From an uncultured archaeon (GTDB lineage: Archaea > Hadarchaeota > Hadarchaeia > Hadarchaeales > Hadarchaeaceae), in contig CAKZTQ010000018.1 in the NCBI GenBank assembly GCA_937921735.1, positions 1 to 47,815 on the forward strand: 47,815 bases of DNA, given 5' to 3'. The translations under genes and the position numbers were made by a program. Position 1 is the stretch's first letter. Each line of letters begins with the position of its first letter. Shown one piece after another: positions 36,959 through 46,199 of the stretch. The notes under the pieces were generated by a model, which was given only the letters and a program-made list of their open reading frames with translations, did no database searches and was not told where the DNA came from.

Positions 36959-38383
36959 TCAAGCGAAGAATGTTCGTCTTCGGACATCGCGCAAGCCGTT
37001 GAGGATAACTCGCCTGTCGCCGCTGGTCATGTTTCGCTCTGCTATAAGTTTTCCATACCAGCGAAGCGCTCGTAGAGCTTTGGCACCCCTTTCTGGCAGA
37101 TCGTAAACTGGAATACCGATATCTCGAAGAACATCGCGAACCGCTACGTACCAATCTCCGCCGATAGCTACGTTCACGACGGGCTTTTCCTCCACGCTTT
37201 TTGCGACGTCCGCAAGGAGCCTCATTTCCTCGGGCTCCAGCGGGCAGGAGTCGAACGCGGTGACCACCATTAAACCGTTGACCTGTGGATCCTCCAATAC
37301 CCGCCCCAAGACGAACCCGTAACAATTCGCCCCAGCGTTGGGGGTCAGGTTTATCGGGTTATCGGGGCAGACATCTGGATATCGTCTTTTTATGCTCTTG
37401 ATCACTCCTTCGGACAACCTCGCCAACTCGAAACCCTCGCGGCGGACGGCCTCAGCCGCCAGCATCGCTGGGCCCTCCGCACTGCCAACGATCGCGATGC
37501 TGTCGCTTGCCAAGGGGGGTTGTTTAGCAAGCGCTTCTGCCATGTCGAAGAATTCTTGTATATTCCCGGCCAAAACCGCCCCAGCCTGCTTCAGCGCTGC
37601 GCTGAAGATCCTTCCTCCCCAAATTGAAGGCCTCGCAAGCGTCGACCTCGTCGCGTCGCACCCGAGCGCCACCACTGGCTTTTGCTTTGAGGCCTCACGT
37701 AGGGCCTGTAAAAAACGCCTTCCATCGACGCTCGTCCTCTCCGCGTATACGCAAATGACGCGGGAGCCCTTCTCTTCCGCCAGGTAGCGCACTGTTTCGA
37801 CCGCACCAACGTCTACGCTGCCCTCGGTTACGGCGAACTTGCCCACGCCGATACCGTGCAAATGGGCCCAATCCACCATCGCGGGGCCAACGCCTTGGCC
37901 ACTGACGATAAATGAAGTGGCGCCCCGTCTCGGTATCGCCCGAAGCTTGGGCATCAAGCAAAGTCCATTGGAGGTGTTGACCACACCCACGATACCTGGT
38001 CCGAGCACCCTGATACCTCTTTTAACTGCTGTGCGCGAGAGCTGTTCAGCCTGGTCCTCGGTAAACCCGCTGGAGATCAAGGCCATTGCCTTTACGGCGC
38101 TTCTGTTCAGGAGCTTCCGCACGCAGTTGAGCGCTTGCTTCGGCTGCAGAACTAGGACAGCTAGATCGAGTTTCCTCGGCGCGGCTCTGAGATCTCTCGA
38201 AGTACCGTCTAGCTGGCCGCTGAGGTCCACCACATGCATTTTACCCTTGTAAAATCTTCGCATGGCTTGGACTATGGAGCGAAAAAACGTCGCGTGAACG
38301 TCGGCTTTTCGGACCTCCGAGCAACCTATTAAAATGACGGACTTCGGCTCGAAAATCGCTCTTATGCCATTTTCGGCCATCAA
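36959..38383 (-). CDS. ADP-forming acyl-CoA synthetase alpha-subunit homolog, degenerate
   Basis: FEPKSV..IG.S, SSGF.E, RVLGP..VG, KPVV, KQAG, NPI.L, IPVY..PE. The catalytic SHTG motif is not present. Confidence 0.75.
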   Translation of the reverse strand: MMAENGIRAIFEPKSVILIGCSEVRKADVHATFFRSIVQAMRRFYKGKMHVVDLSGQLDGTSRDLRAAPRKLDLAVLVLQPKQALNCVRKLLNRSAVKAMALISSGFTEDQAEQLSRTAVKRGIRVLGPGIVGVVNTSNGLCLMPKLRAIPRRGATSFIVSGQGVGPAMVDWAHLHGIGVGKFAVTEGSVDVGAVETVRYLAEEKGSRVICVYAERTSVDGRRFLQALREASKQKPVVALGCDATRSTLARPSIWGGRIFSAALKQAGAVLAGNIQEFFDMAEALAKQPPLASDSIAIVGSAEGPAMLAAEAVRREGFELARLSEGVIKSIKRRYPDVCPDNPINLTPNAGANCYGFVLGRVLEDPQVNGLMVVTAFDSCPLEPEEMRLLADVAKSVEEKPVVNVAIGGDWYVAVRDVLRDIGIPVYDLPERGAKALRALRWYGKLIAERNMTSGDRRVILNGLRDVRRRTFFA

Positions 38384-39102
38384 CTGCCCTCCTTGAGTAT
38401 CATCCTAGCGTCGATGGCGATGGCTCCCTTTCCGCGATCGAACGCGAATACTGGATTTAAATCCAGCTCGGCTATTTCTGAAAATTCGCAAGCGAGATCC
38501 CCAACCTTCTGCAGCATGTCGGCGATGGCGTCCAAATCAACCTGCGGCTCGCCCCGCAAGCCGGCCAACACGGGATAGCCCTTGATTTCTCGTATCATCT
38601 CCTTCGCGTCCTCCGCGGTAAGGGGGGCAAGCCTGAAGCTTACGTCCTTCAAAACCTCTACCCATATGCCGCCGAGCCCGAACATCACCGTCGCGCCGAA
38701 GGATGGGTCCTGCATGGCGCCTACTATTACCTCCTTTCCTTGCGGAAGGTACTCCTGCACTGTGACGCCGGCGATGTTCGCGTTAGGCCTGTAGGCTCGA
38801 GCGTTGGCAAGTATCTCATCGAACGCCTGTCTGACCTCAAGCTCGGAGCTCAGTCCCACCCTCACGCCCCCCGCGTCGCTCTTGTGGACGATGTCGGGCG
38901 ATGCTATCTTCATGACCACTGGATATCGGAGCTCCCTCGCGATCCTCACCGCCTCGGAGGCATCTCTCGCCAGCTCGGAGCGAGCGACCGGTATTCCCCA
39001 AGCAGAGAGCACCTGCTTTGCCTCGTGCTCCAATAGCACTCGCCGACCCTGCCTTCTGGTCGACGCCAAAATTTCCGCGACCTTCTTCCGATCGGTCGCC
39101 AT
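38380..39102 (-). CDS. ADP-forming acyl-CoA synthetase beta subunit (ATP-grasp)
   Basis: LLEHEAK..L..WGIP, YPVVMKIASPDIVHKSDAGGV, D..FG..VMFGLGG..VE..KD, ELDLNP, DAR. Confidence 0.93.
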   Translation of the reverse strand: MATDRKKVAEILASTRRQGRRVLLEHEAKQVLSAWGIPVARSELARDASEAVRIARELRYPVVMKIASPDIVHKSDAGGVRVGLSSELEVRQAFDEILANARAYRPNANIAGVTVQEYLPQGKEVIVGAMQDPSFGATVMFGLGGIWVEVLKDVSFRLAPLTAEDAKEMIREIKGYPVLAGLRGEPQVDLDAIADMLQKVGDLACEFSEIAELDLNPVFAFDRGKGAIAIDARMILKEGS

Positions 39103-39376
39103 ATAATCACGGGTTATTTACATTGGTCATTTTTATTATTTAAATTTTCCAAGCCCTTGCTACAAGTTTTGGGGATTTTTCTTTCTCCTTTTTAGATTTT
39201 CTGCATTTAAAAAGACGATTAATAAGTTTTAGGAAAGATAAAGATCTGTTTTTGGTTTAACACACCTATTCTTCCCCAACTAATCGGCCTACGTCTTTTG
39301 CCGAATTTTAAAGATGAAGCCCCCCTCAAAACTTAAAAATCGTGCGGGGCTATGGTTAATAGCCCGTGGTGATACG
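39103..39376. promoter_or_regulatory. Long AT-rich divergent regulatory region
   Basis: About 270 bp of visibly AT-rich non-coding DNA with several TATA-like boxes (TTTAAA, AAAACTTAAAAAT) between the acd beta gene and carbamate kinase. Confidence 0.6.
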
Positions 39377-40333
39377 GTGGCCAAGACAAAGACTAGAGTC
39401 GTAGTGGCGCTGGGTGGGAATGCGATCCTCCAGAGGGGGGAAAGGGGAACATACGAAGAACAGCTCGCGAACGTGAGAAAGACGGCGGAGCAAATAGGTA
39501 AGATGATCTTGAGCGGAAAGTATCAAGTCGTCATAACCCACGGTAACGGTCCGCAGGTAGGTGCGATACTCCTCCAGAACGACGCCGGACAGAAGTATGG
39601 TATACCGGCGATGCCAATGGACGTCTGCGGCGCCGAGAGCCAAGGGCTGATAGGGTATATGATACAGCAGTGCCTCCGCGAGGTTTTCGTCAAGGCCGGA
39701 AGACCGGATATACCCGTTGCCACGGTGATAACCCAAGTTATCGTCGACAAAAACGACCCCGCCTTCCAAAACCCCACCAAACCGGTCGGCCCGTTCTACA
39801 CCGAAGAGGAGGCGAAAAGGTTGGCCAAGGAGAAGGGGTGGGTCGTGGTAGACGATGCCGGCCGCGGCTGGAGGCGCGTGGTGCCATCGCCCGACCCAAA
39901 GGACATCGCCGAGAAGGAGGCTATAAGATGTCTCCTCGACGCGCACGTCGTCCCCATAGCCTCGGGGGGTGGTGGAATACCCGTGATCGAGGAGGACGGG
40001 AAATTGAAGGGTGTGGAGGCGGTGATAGACAAGGACTTGGCGGGCGAGAGGCTGGCCGAAGCGGTGGACGCGGACGTGCTGCTGATATTGACCGACGTAG
40101 ACGGGGTGGCGATAAACTACAGGAAGCCCAATGAGCGGTGGCTGAGGAGGATGACGGTGCAGGAGGCGAAGCGATACTTGGAGGAGGGCCAGTTCGCGGC
40201 GGGCAGCATGGAGCCGAAGGTGAGGGCCGCCGTGAGGTTCATCGAGTGGGGAGGGAAACGGGCGATCATCGCATCGCTGGACCGGGCCCTAGAGGCCCTC
40301 GAGGGAGAGGCGGGCACGGAAATAGTAAGATGA
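39377..40333 (+). CDS. arcC: Carbamate kinase
   Basis: [61 protein letters not shown]. Start re-assigned to GTG 39377. Confidence 0.97.
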   Translation: MAKTKTRVVVALGGNAILQRGERGTYEEQLANVRKTAEQIGKMILSGKYQVVITHGNGPQVGAILLQNDAGQKYGIPAMPMDVCGAESQGLIGYMIQQCLREVFVKAGRPDIPVATVITQVIVDKNDPAFQNPTKPVGPFYTEEEAKRLAKEKGWVVVDDAGRGWRRVVPSPDPKDIAEKEAIRCLLDAHVVPIASGGGGIPVIEEDGKLKGVEAVIDKDLAGERLAEAVDADVLLILTDVDGVAINYRKPNERWLRRMTVQEAKRYLEEGQFAAGSMEPKVRAAVRFIEWGGKRAIIASLDRALEALEGEAGTEIVR

Positions 40334-40401
40334 TCCATCAAAGAAACCTTTTTTCGGAATCGATTTTTAGATGCGAACCTTAAATTTCCTTTTGGGATGA
40401 G

Positions 40402-41478
40402 ATGGCCAAAATCCCTCGAGAACTTGAAGGACTACTCGAACTTCCCACCGTCAGACCCGCTCTGCTTTGGGAAAAGGTCCAAGATAGCGAGGTAAAGTGT
40501 AGTCTTTGCGAGAGGCGATGCCAGATAAAGGAGGGATCGACCGGTTTTTGTGGGACGAGGGTCAACATCGGCGGTCAACTTTACACGATGGTCTACGGCG
40601 ATATATCCTCCCTCTCCGCCAACCCAGCGGAGAAAAAGCCCTTTTACCATTTTTATCCGGGCAAGCTTTTCCTGACGGCGGGCACGTATGGATGCACGTT
40701 TCGATGCCCATGGTGTCAAAACGCGTCCATAAGTCAAGTTTCTCCAGATCCACGCGAGGCCAACTACATAAGCCCGGAGCACTTCGTCAAGATCTCCTTA
40801 GAAGAGGGGTGCGTCGGGACCAGCCTGAGCTTCAACGAGCCCACCTTGCTCTTCGAATACGCGCTTGACCTGTTCCCCCTAGCGCACGAGAAGGGCCTAG
40901 TGAATACCTTCGTCTCGAACGGTTACATGACGCTCGAAGCGCTCCGGATGTTGCGCGACGCTGGCTTGGACGCCATCAACATCGATGTCAAAGGAGATGC
41001 CCAAGCGGTTCGGAAATATTGCGCGGCGAGGGTCGAGCCCGTTTGGCGAAACGTGCGGGAGGCCAAGCGCCTTGGGCTGCATGTGGAGGTGGTCAACCTC
41101 GTGATACCTGGGGTCAACGATCGCGAGGAGCAATTTAGGGAACTGGCGAGGCGCCACCTCCAAGAGGCCGGGGATGAAACGCCCCTGCACTTCACGGCCT
41201 ATTATCCCGCTTACAGGTTCGATGCCCCGCCTACCCCCGTCGCGACCCTCGAGCGAGCCCACGACGTGGCGGTGGCGGAGGGCTTAAAGTTCGTCTACGT
41301 GGGCAATGTGCCCGGACACCGCTACGAGAACACCTATTGCCCGAACTGTGGCAGACTGCTCATCGGTCGCTACGGGCTCGAGCTCATAAAGGTGGACCTC
41401 GAGGACCATCGATGCCCGAGCTGCGGGCGGGAGATCTCCATCGTGACGAAAAGTGGGACGAGGAGGCGGGCGAGGTGA
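40402..41478 (+). CDS. amrS: AmmeMemoRadiSam-type (PFL-AE-like) radical SAM enzyme
   Basis: CSLC..RC...G.CG.R.N, P.EKKP.YHF.PG, GCTFRCPWCQN, FNEP, YVGNVPG..YENTYCPNCG. Confidence 0.9.
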   Translation: MAKIPRELEGLLELPTVRPALLWEKVQDSEVKCSLCERRCQIKEGSTGFCGTRVNIGGQLYTMVYGDISSLSANPAEKKPFYHFYPGKLFLTAGTYGCTFRCPWCQNASISQVSPDPREANYISPEHFVKISLEEGCVGTSLSFNEPTLLFEYALDLFPLAHEKGLVNTFVSNGYMTLEALRMLRDAGLDAINIDVKGDAQAVRKYCAARVEPVWRNVREAKRLGLHVEVVNLVIPGVNDREEQFRELARRHLQEAGDETPLHFTAYYPAYRFDAPPTPVATLERAHDVAVAEGLKFVYVGNVPGHRYENTYCPNCGRLLIGRYGLELIKVDLEDHRCPSCGREISIVTKSGTRRRAR

Positions 41479-42254
41479 CGATCGTCGTAGTCGTCAGGGG
41501 AGACCGGCCCGAGACGGTGGTGCCGCTCGCCTTGAAGGAACTGGGCATCGAGGTCAAAGGGAGAAAGGTGGTGATAAAGCCAAACCTCATCACCAACCGC
41601 CCCTACCCGGTGATCACTCCGCCCGAAACCGTGGGGGCCCTCCTCGATTATTTCAGGGAGGGCAACGAGCTCATCGTGGCCGAGGGCTCTGGCTTCGGCG
41701 ATACTAGGGAGATATTCAGGGATCAGGGTTACGAGGCGCTCGCCGAGCGTTATGGGGCGAGGCTCGTCGACCTCAATCGGGATAAATTTGAGTTACTCGA
41801 GCTACCGGAAGTCAGGGTGCTGAGGAGGTTCGAGCTGCCATCGACCCTCAAGGGTGCTTACCTCATCTCGGCCGCGGTCCTAAAGCGGCACTCGATAACG
41901 AAGGTGACGCTCTCGGTCAAGAACATGCTCGGCGCCACCATCGGGAGGGACAAGGGAAGGTTCCACAGGCTGGGCATAGACGAGAGCATCGTCGACATCT
42001 GCCTCTACCGAAAACCGGACCTCGCGGTCATCGACGGCAGGCTGGGCTTGAGCTCCGAGCTCGGAGGGGAAGCTAGGAAATTTGGGGTGATGATCTTCTC
42101 CGAGGACCCGGTCGCCGCGGATGCTGTAGGGTCGAAAATTCTTGGGGTCGAGCCCTCAAGCGTGCGACACCTGAAGTTGGCGCAGGAAGCGGGACTTGGG
42201 GTATGCGATCTCAAGAGGATCGAGGTGCGCGAGCTAAGCGCGGGCAGCACTTAA
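41475..42254 (+). CDS. DUF362 family protein
   Basis: VVIKPN, VAEG, LK.H....TLSVKN.LG, K..FH, IDG, DPVAAD. Start re-assigned to GTG 41475, overlapping the amrS stop. Confidence 0.85.
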   Translation: MTIVVVVRGDRPETVVPLALKELGIEVKGRKVVIKPNLITNRPYPVITPPETVGALLDYFREGNELIVAEGSGFGDTREIFRDQGYEALAERYGARLVDLNRDKFELLELPEVRVLRRFELPSTLKGAYLISAAVLKRHSITKVTLSVKNMLGATIGRDKGRFHRLGIDESIVDICLYRKPDLAVIDGRLGLSSELGGEARKFGVMIFSEDPVAADAVGSKILGVEPSSVRHLKLAQEAGLGVCDLKRIEVRELSAGST

Positions 42255-43012
42255 CGAACGGGCTTGACCTCGCTGGAAATCGCGTCGTAGCCCTCTAGGA
42301 CCCTTTCAAAACTTATCCTTTTGCCCCCTACGATCTTGAGCTCAACATCTAGCGAGCCCCGCTCCACCCTTATGATGTTGTAGGAGTTGGCGAAGAACCC
42401 CCTCAGCCTCCTGCAGGAAACGCTGCCGGCGTGCACTATCGGCAAGCCATCGACGCTCAGCCTCCAAGGCCTGTGCTTGTGGCCGCAGAGTACCAAGTTG
42501 GCCTTGCCGGCTATAAGCGTGCGCAGGGCGTCTCCAGCGTCGACGACTATGTTGGGCCTAGTGCCGGTGTCGGGGATGGGTACCAAGTGATGGTGGAGGG
42601 CGACTATCTTGAACTTGTCCTCGTGCTTCCTCAAGACCTCATCGAACCATACTAGCTGGCGGTAGCCAACCTCACCCGTGTCCCTATCCGGCCTCGCGGT
42701 TCGAAGGTGGGCGATGAGTACCTCGTCGAGCACCAACATCTCAGGGCGAGGGAAGAAGTGATCCCAGAGCAAGAAGCCGGTGTGCTCGTAGTCGTGGTTG
42801 CCGCTGCCCACTAAAACCCTGCTACACCTGAGCTTTCCGATGTACCTCGCCGCTAGCTTGTACTCATCGAAGAGACCGGAGTTTGTGACATCGCCGGTGA
42901 TTATGACCACGTCCGGCTTTAGCGCGTTTATCTCCTTGATGGCCGTAGCTAGCATCTTCGGGGAGAACGTCTCCGCGCCGCAGTGCAGGTCAGATAAGTG
43001 AACGAGAAGCAT
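42251..43012 (-). CDS. Calcineurin-like metallophosphoesterase (CpdA/Icc-like)
   Basis: SDLH, TGDVT, GNHD, HHH, GHKH. Start re-assigned to ATG 43012. Confidence 0.9.
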   Translation of the reverse strand: MLLVHLSDLHCGAETFSPKMLATAIKEINALKPDVVIITGDVTNSGLFDEYKLAARYIGKLRCSRVLVGSGNHDYEHTGFLLWDHFFPRPEMLVLDEVLIAHLRTARPDRDTGEVGYRQLVWFDEVLRKHEDKFKIVALHHHLVPIPDTGTRPNIVVDAGDALRTLIAGKANLVLCGHKHRPWRLSVDGLPIVHAGSVSCRRLRGFFANSYNIIRVERGSLDVELKIVGGKRISFERVLEGYDAISSEVKPVR

Positions 43013-43019
43013 GTTCCCC

Positions 43020-44042
43020 CTATAGCTCGACTTCCTTGCACATGGTGAGGGCGAGCACCGCCATCTTGGCGAAGAAGTTGTCGTCGGCCTGCTCGTAGAT
43101 GACCGAGTTGGGCCCATCCATCACCTCGTCCGTCGCCTCCTCGCCCCTCATCACTGGCAGCACGTGGGTGACGATCGCCGGCCTGCCCATGAGGTCGTCG
43201 ACGTGGTGCTGCTCCAGCCTCCAATCTCGATATCTGTTGTAGATGGCGACCTCCCTGTCGACGCCAAACGCCGTTGCACCCACCCTCAGAAATTCCGCCG
43301 TCGCCCAATTCCTCGGAAAGACCACGTTTGCGCCTCGGAGCCCCTCCTCGAAGTCGTTGCTCACCTCGAAGCTCCCGCCGCTCTCCTCGGCGTTCCTTTT
43401 GGCGGCCTCGATTATCTTGGGGTCTATCTCGAAGCCCGGCGGGTGAACCAACGTCACATCCATGCCGAAGCGGGTAGCGATGAGCACCTCCTCTTGGATG
43501 CTGCATCTCCCGCGTGGCTTGCTTGAGTACGCCCAGGTCACGGCGTACTTCTTTCCCCTCACATCGCCGAGCTTGGCTTGGATCGTCATCATGTCCCCTA
43601 TCGCTTGCGTTGGGTGATAGGTGCAACAGGCCATGTTGATCACCGGCACCTTTGCAACCCTCGCGAATTCCTCGACCACCCTTCTCCCCGCGCCATAGAC
43701 GAAGTCTATAGCCTTGTCCAATATCCTTACTCCTATCCCGTCCGCGTAAGAGTCGTACATCTTCGCTGCGTCCTTCACCGCCTCCTCCATCCTCATCGTC
43801 GAGACATCGATGAAGGCCGGGTGTCCGCCTAGCATGGCGGTCGCGGCCTCGAAGGCGCCGCGCGTGCGCGTCGAGGGCGCGTAGAACACCATGAAGAAGT
43901 TCTTCCGATCGAGGAGCCTGGGTGGACGGCCCCCTCCCCTGACGATCGCCCTCAGCTTCCTGGCCAGGTCTATGGTTGCTTGGATCTCGTCGATGCTCCA
44001 ATCTTGAGTAGTTATCAGGTCGCGACCGTAGAGCTCAGCCAT
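43020..44042 (-). CDS. Carbamoyltransferase of the YgeW / N-acetylornithine carbamoyltransferase ('knotted') group
   Basis: STRTR, HPTQ, TWAYSSKP, FPRNW, HVLPV.RG.E, QA.D. Start re-assigned to ATG 44042. Confidence 0.85.
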   Translation of the reverse strand: MAELYGRDLITTQDWSIDEIQATIDLARKLRAIVRGGGRPPRLLDRKNFFMVFYAPSTRTRGAFEAATAMLGGHPAFIDVSTMRMEEAVKDAAKMYDSYADGIGVRILDKAIDFVYGAGRRVVEEFARVAKVPVINMACCTYHPTQAIGDMMTIQAKLGDVRGKKYAVTWAYSSKPRGRCSIQEEVLIATRFGMDVTLVHPPGFEIDPKIIEAAKRNAEESGGSFEVSNDFEEGLRGANVVFPRNWATAEFLRVGATAFGVDREVAIYNRYRDWRLEQHHVDDLMGRPAIVTHVLPVMRGEEATDEVMDGPNSVIYEQADDNFFAKMAVLALTMCKEVEL

Positions 44043-44099
44043 CCGGACTCCCCAAAGTAATTTGCGCACGTGTTTTTAACTTTGTGGGGGCTGTAAACC

Positions 44100-44230
44100 C
44101 AACCGACCCCATTTTTCCCGAGCAAGGCATCATCTCTCCTGCCCACGTCGAAGTTTATGTTATCATTGGCAAGGACCCCAAGAAAGCGCTTAACGATGGC
44201 CCCCACCTACGACTATTTCACCGGACCCAT
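44100..44230 (-). pseudogene. Relic of the 5' end of a sugar/nucleoside ABC transporter ATPase gene
   Basis: IVKRFLGVLANDNINFDVGRRDDALLGKNGVG resembles the CUT2-family start ITKRFPGVxANDxVxFxV..GEIHALLGENGAGKST. In-frame TAG codons lie upstream and the Walker A is broken. Confidence 0.65.
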
Positions 44231-44249
44231 GCCCCGCATAACATCGATC

Positions 44250-46199
44250 CTAAGGACGTTTCTTAAATGCGACCCTTCCGTACTTCGCTAGGTCCTCAGC
44301 GACATCCACCAGCCCCAGCCCCTCCAACGTCTCTCTATACTGTAGACCCGTCTCTATGTCCCAGCCGCGTTCGGCATAATACTCGTCCAGCATGGGTTTT
44401 AGATCCACCACCATCCCCTTCGCCGGCCCATCGGGCATCGGCTCCTTGAGGAAGCGCTCCGGCAAAGTGTCGTCCTTGCGGTCGAGGCCCAGCCTGGCGT
44501 TGAAGGCTCGCTTCAAGTTAACGATCCGCTCGGCCGCCGCCCTGACTTCCTCTACCCTCGAGAACTCCCGGATACCGGTGACGGCCGGCAAGATCCTCGC
44601 GTAGTCGTCGAAGTAAAAGGCGGGAGGCCACATCGTACCATACTTACAGGTGATGAGGGAGTCGACGACAGCGTAGAGGTCCTCGACGTCCTTGATCAAC
44701 ATGCCCTTGTACTTCGTCGAGAGCCTGTCACCTATATCCTTAGCCTTCTCCTCACCATATCTCTTGGCTATCGTCTCCCTGTAATCTAGCTCGTCGAGCG
44801 ACGAAAGCGCCCTGAGGTGCGCCCCGCCTATGACCGAGATCGCATGGGTTAGGCCTACCGATTGATGTGCCCTGCCGTCTTGTCCCGAGACCTCGAGCCC
44901 CTTCACGTGGATCGCCCAGCGCTCCGAGCCCTTGCCAATGCGCCGCGCTGCCTCCCGAACCCCCTCCGCCAAGACATCGCCGATCCCCTCGCGCGAGGCT
45001 ACCATCTCGACTAGCCTGACCATGGCATCGCCGTCGCCCCATCGCAGGGGCATGCCTAACTCTTGCTCCGTCAGGACACCCCGCTCGAAGCATTCCATCG
45101 CGAAGCTCACCGTGCCCCCGCAGCTTATCGTGTCCATGCCGTGCAAGTTGCAGAGTAGGTTGGCCCTCATTATCGCGGGAAAGTCGCTGACCAAGCAATT
45201 GGAGCCCAAGGCGACGATGGTCTCGTACTCAGGCCCCTCGCTGAGGGTGCCGGCGTACGGGCCGGAGCGCACGTGGCTCACCTTCTTGCACTGGATGCGG
45301 CAGTTCATGCAGGAGCGGCGGTGGACGATGAACTCCCGCTCGAACCTATCGGGCCCTATGTCATCGGCATGCTCGAAGACCCCCGTGGAGTGTCCCTTCG
45401 TCGGCAGCCTACCTATCTCGTTCTCCCACGCGACCAGCCCCGGCGTGCCGAAGCGGTAAAGAGCGTCGTGGGAGGCCTTCCCCCACTCGCCTCGCGTGTA
45501 GCGTTCGTGGGCCTCCTCCGCCAGCTCCCACGTGCGGTCGAAGTCGGCAACCTCGATGTCCCCGCTCCCCCGCACGGCCACCGCCTTAAGGCGCTTGCTG
45601 CCCATTACCGCTCCCACGCCCGTCCTGCCGGCGGCGCGCGCGCGATCGTTTATGATGCAGGCGAACTTCACGAGGCGCTCGCCGGCCTTGCCTATGCACG
45701 CGACCCTAACGCTCGGATCGCCGAACTCCTCCTCGATCATGTCCGTGGTCTCGGCGGTGGTCCTCCCCCAGAGCCCCTCCGCACTTCTGAGCTCAGCCCT
45801 GCCTTCGTCTATTGCCAAGTAGACCGGCTTTTCAGACCTCCCCTGGATCACCACGAGGTCGTAGCCAGCATACTTCAGCTCTGGGCCGAAGTAGCCGCCG
45901 GAGTGCGACTCACCCCAGATGCCGGTCAGCGGGGACCTCGTCACCACGCAGTATCTCCCGGACGGTGGGTAAACCGTGCCGGTGATGGGCCCTGTAGCGA
46001 AGATCAACAGGTTCTCGGGCGATAGCGGCTCGACCTCCGGCGTCACCTCGTCGTAGAGGATGCGCGCGGCCATCCCGCTGCCGCCGATGTAGTACCTCGC
46101 CCACTCCTCGCGGAGGGGGAGTTCGACGATCTTGCCGCGGGTGAGGTCGACGCGCAAGTACTTGCCGGTGTAGCCCTTGTAGGCGAAGACCACCTCCAT
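44250..46199 (-). CDS. Tungsten-containing aldehyde:ferredoxin oxidoreductase family catalytic subunit
   Basis: GYTGK.LRVDL, SPLTG...ES.SGG, AAGR.G.GAVMGSK.LKA, C..C.I.C, EGPEYET, DTIS, D.LPERF, YY..RGW. Start re-assigned to ATG 46199. Confidence 0.95.
   Translation of the reverse strand: MEVVFAYKGYTGKYLRVDLTRGKIVELPLREEWARYYIGGSGMAARILYDEVTPEVEPLSPENLLIFATGPITGTVYPPSGRYCVVTRSPLTGIWGESHSGGYFGPELKYAGYDLVVIQGRSEKPVYLAIDEGRAELRSAEGLWGRTTAETTDMIEEEFGDPSVRVACIGKAGERLVKFACIINDRARAAGRTGVGAVMGSKRLKAVAVRGSGDIEVADFDRTWELAEEAHERYTRGEWGKASHDALYRFGTPGLVAWENEIGRLPTKGHSTGVFEHADDIGPDRFEREFIVHRRSCMNCRIQCKKVSHVRSGPYAGTLSEGPEYETIVALGSNCLVSDFPAIMRANLLCNLHGMDTISCGGTVSFAMECFERGVLTEQELGMPLRWGDGDAMVRLVEMVASREGIGDVLAEGVREAARRIGKGSERWAIHVKGLEVSGQDGRAHQSVGLTHAISVIGGAHLRALSSLDELDYRETIAKRYGEEKAKDIGDRLSTKYKGMLIKDVEDLYAVVDSLITCKYGTMWPPAFYFDDYARILPAVTGIREFSRVEEVRAAAERIVNLKRAFNARLGLDRKDDTLPERFLKEPMPDGPAKGMVVDLKPMLDEYYAERGWDIETGLQYRETLEGLGLVDVAEDLAKYGRVAFKKRP

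Noticed and set aside
39377-44042. Arginine deiminase pathway (arcC + OTC)
   Set aside because: No arcA in the window, and the carbamoyltransferase lacks the ornithine-binding SMG/HCLP motifs.
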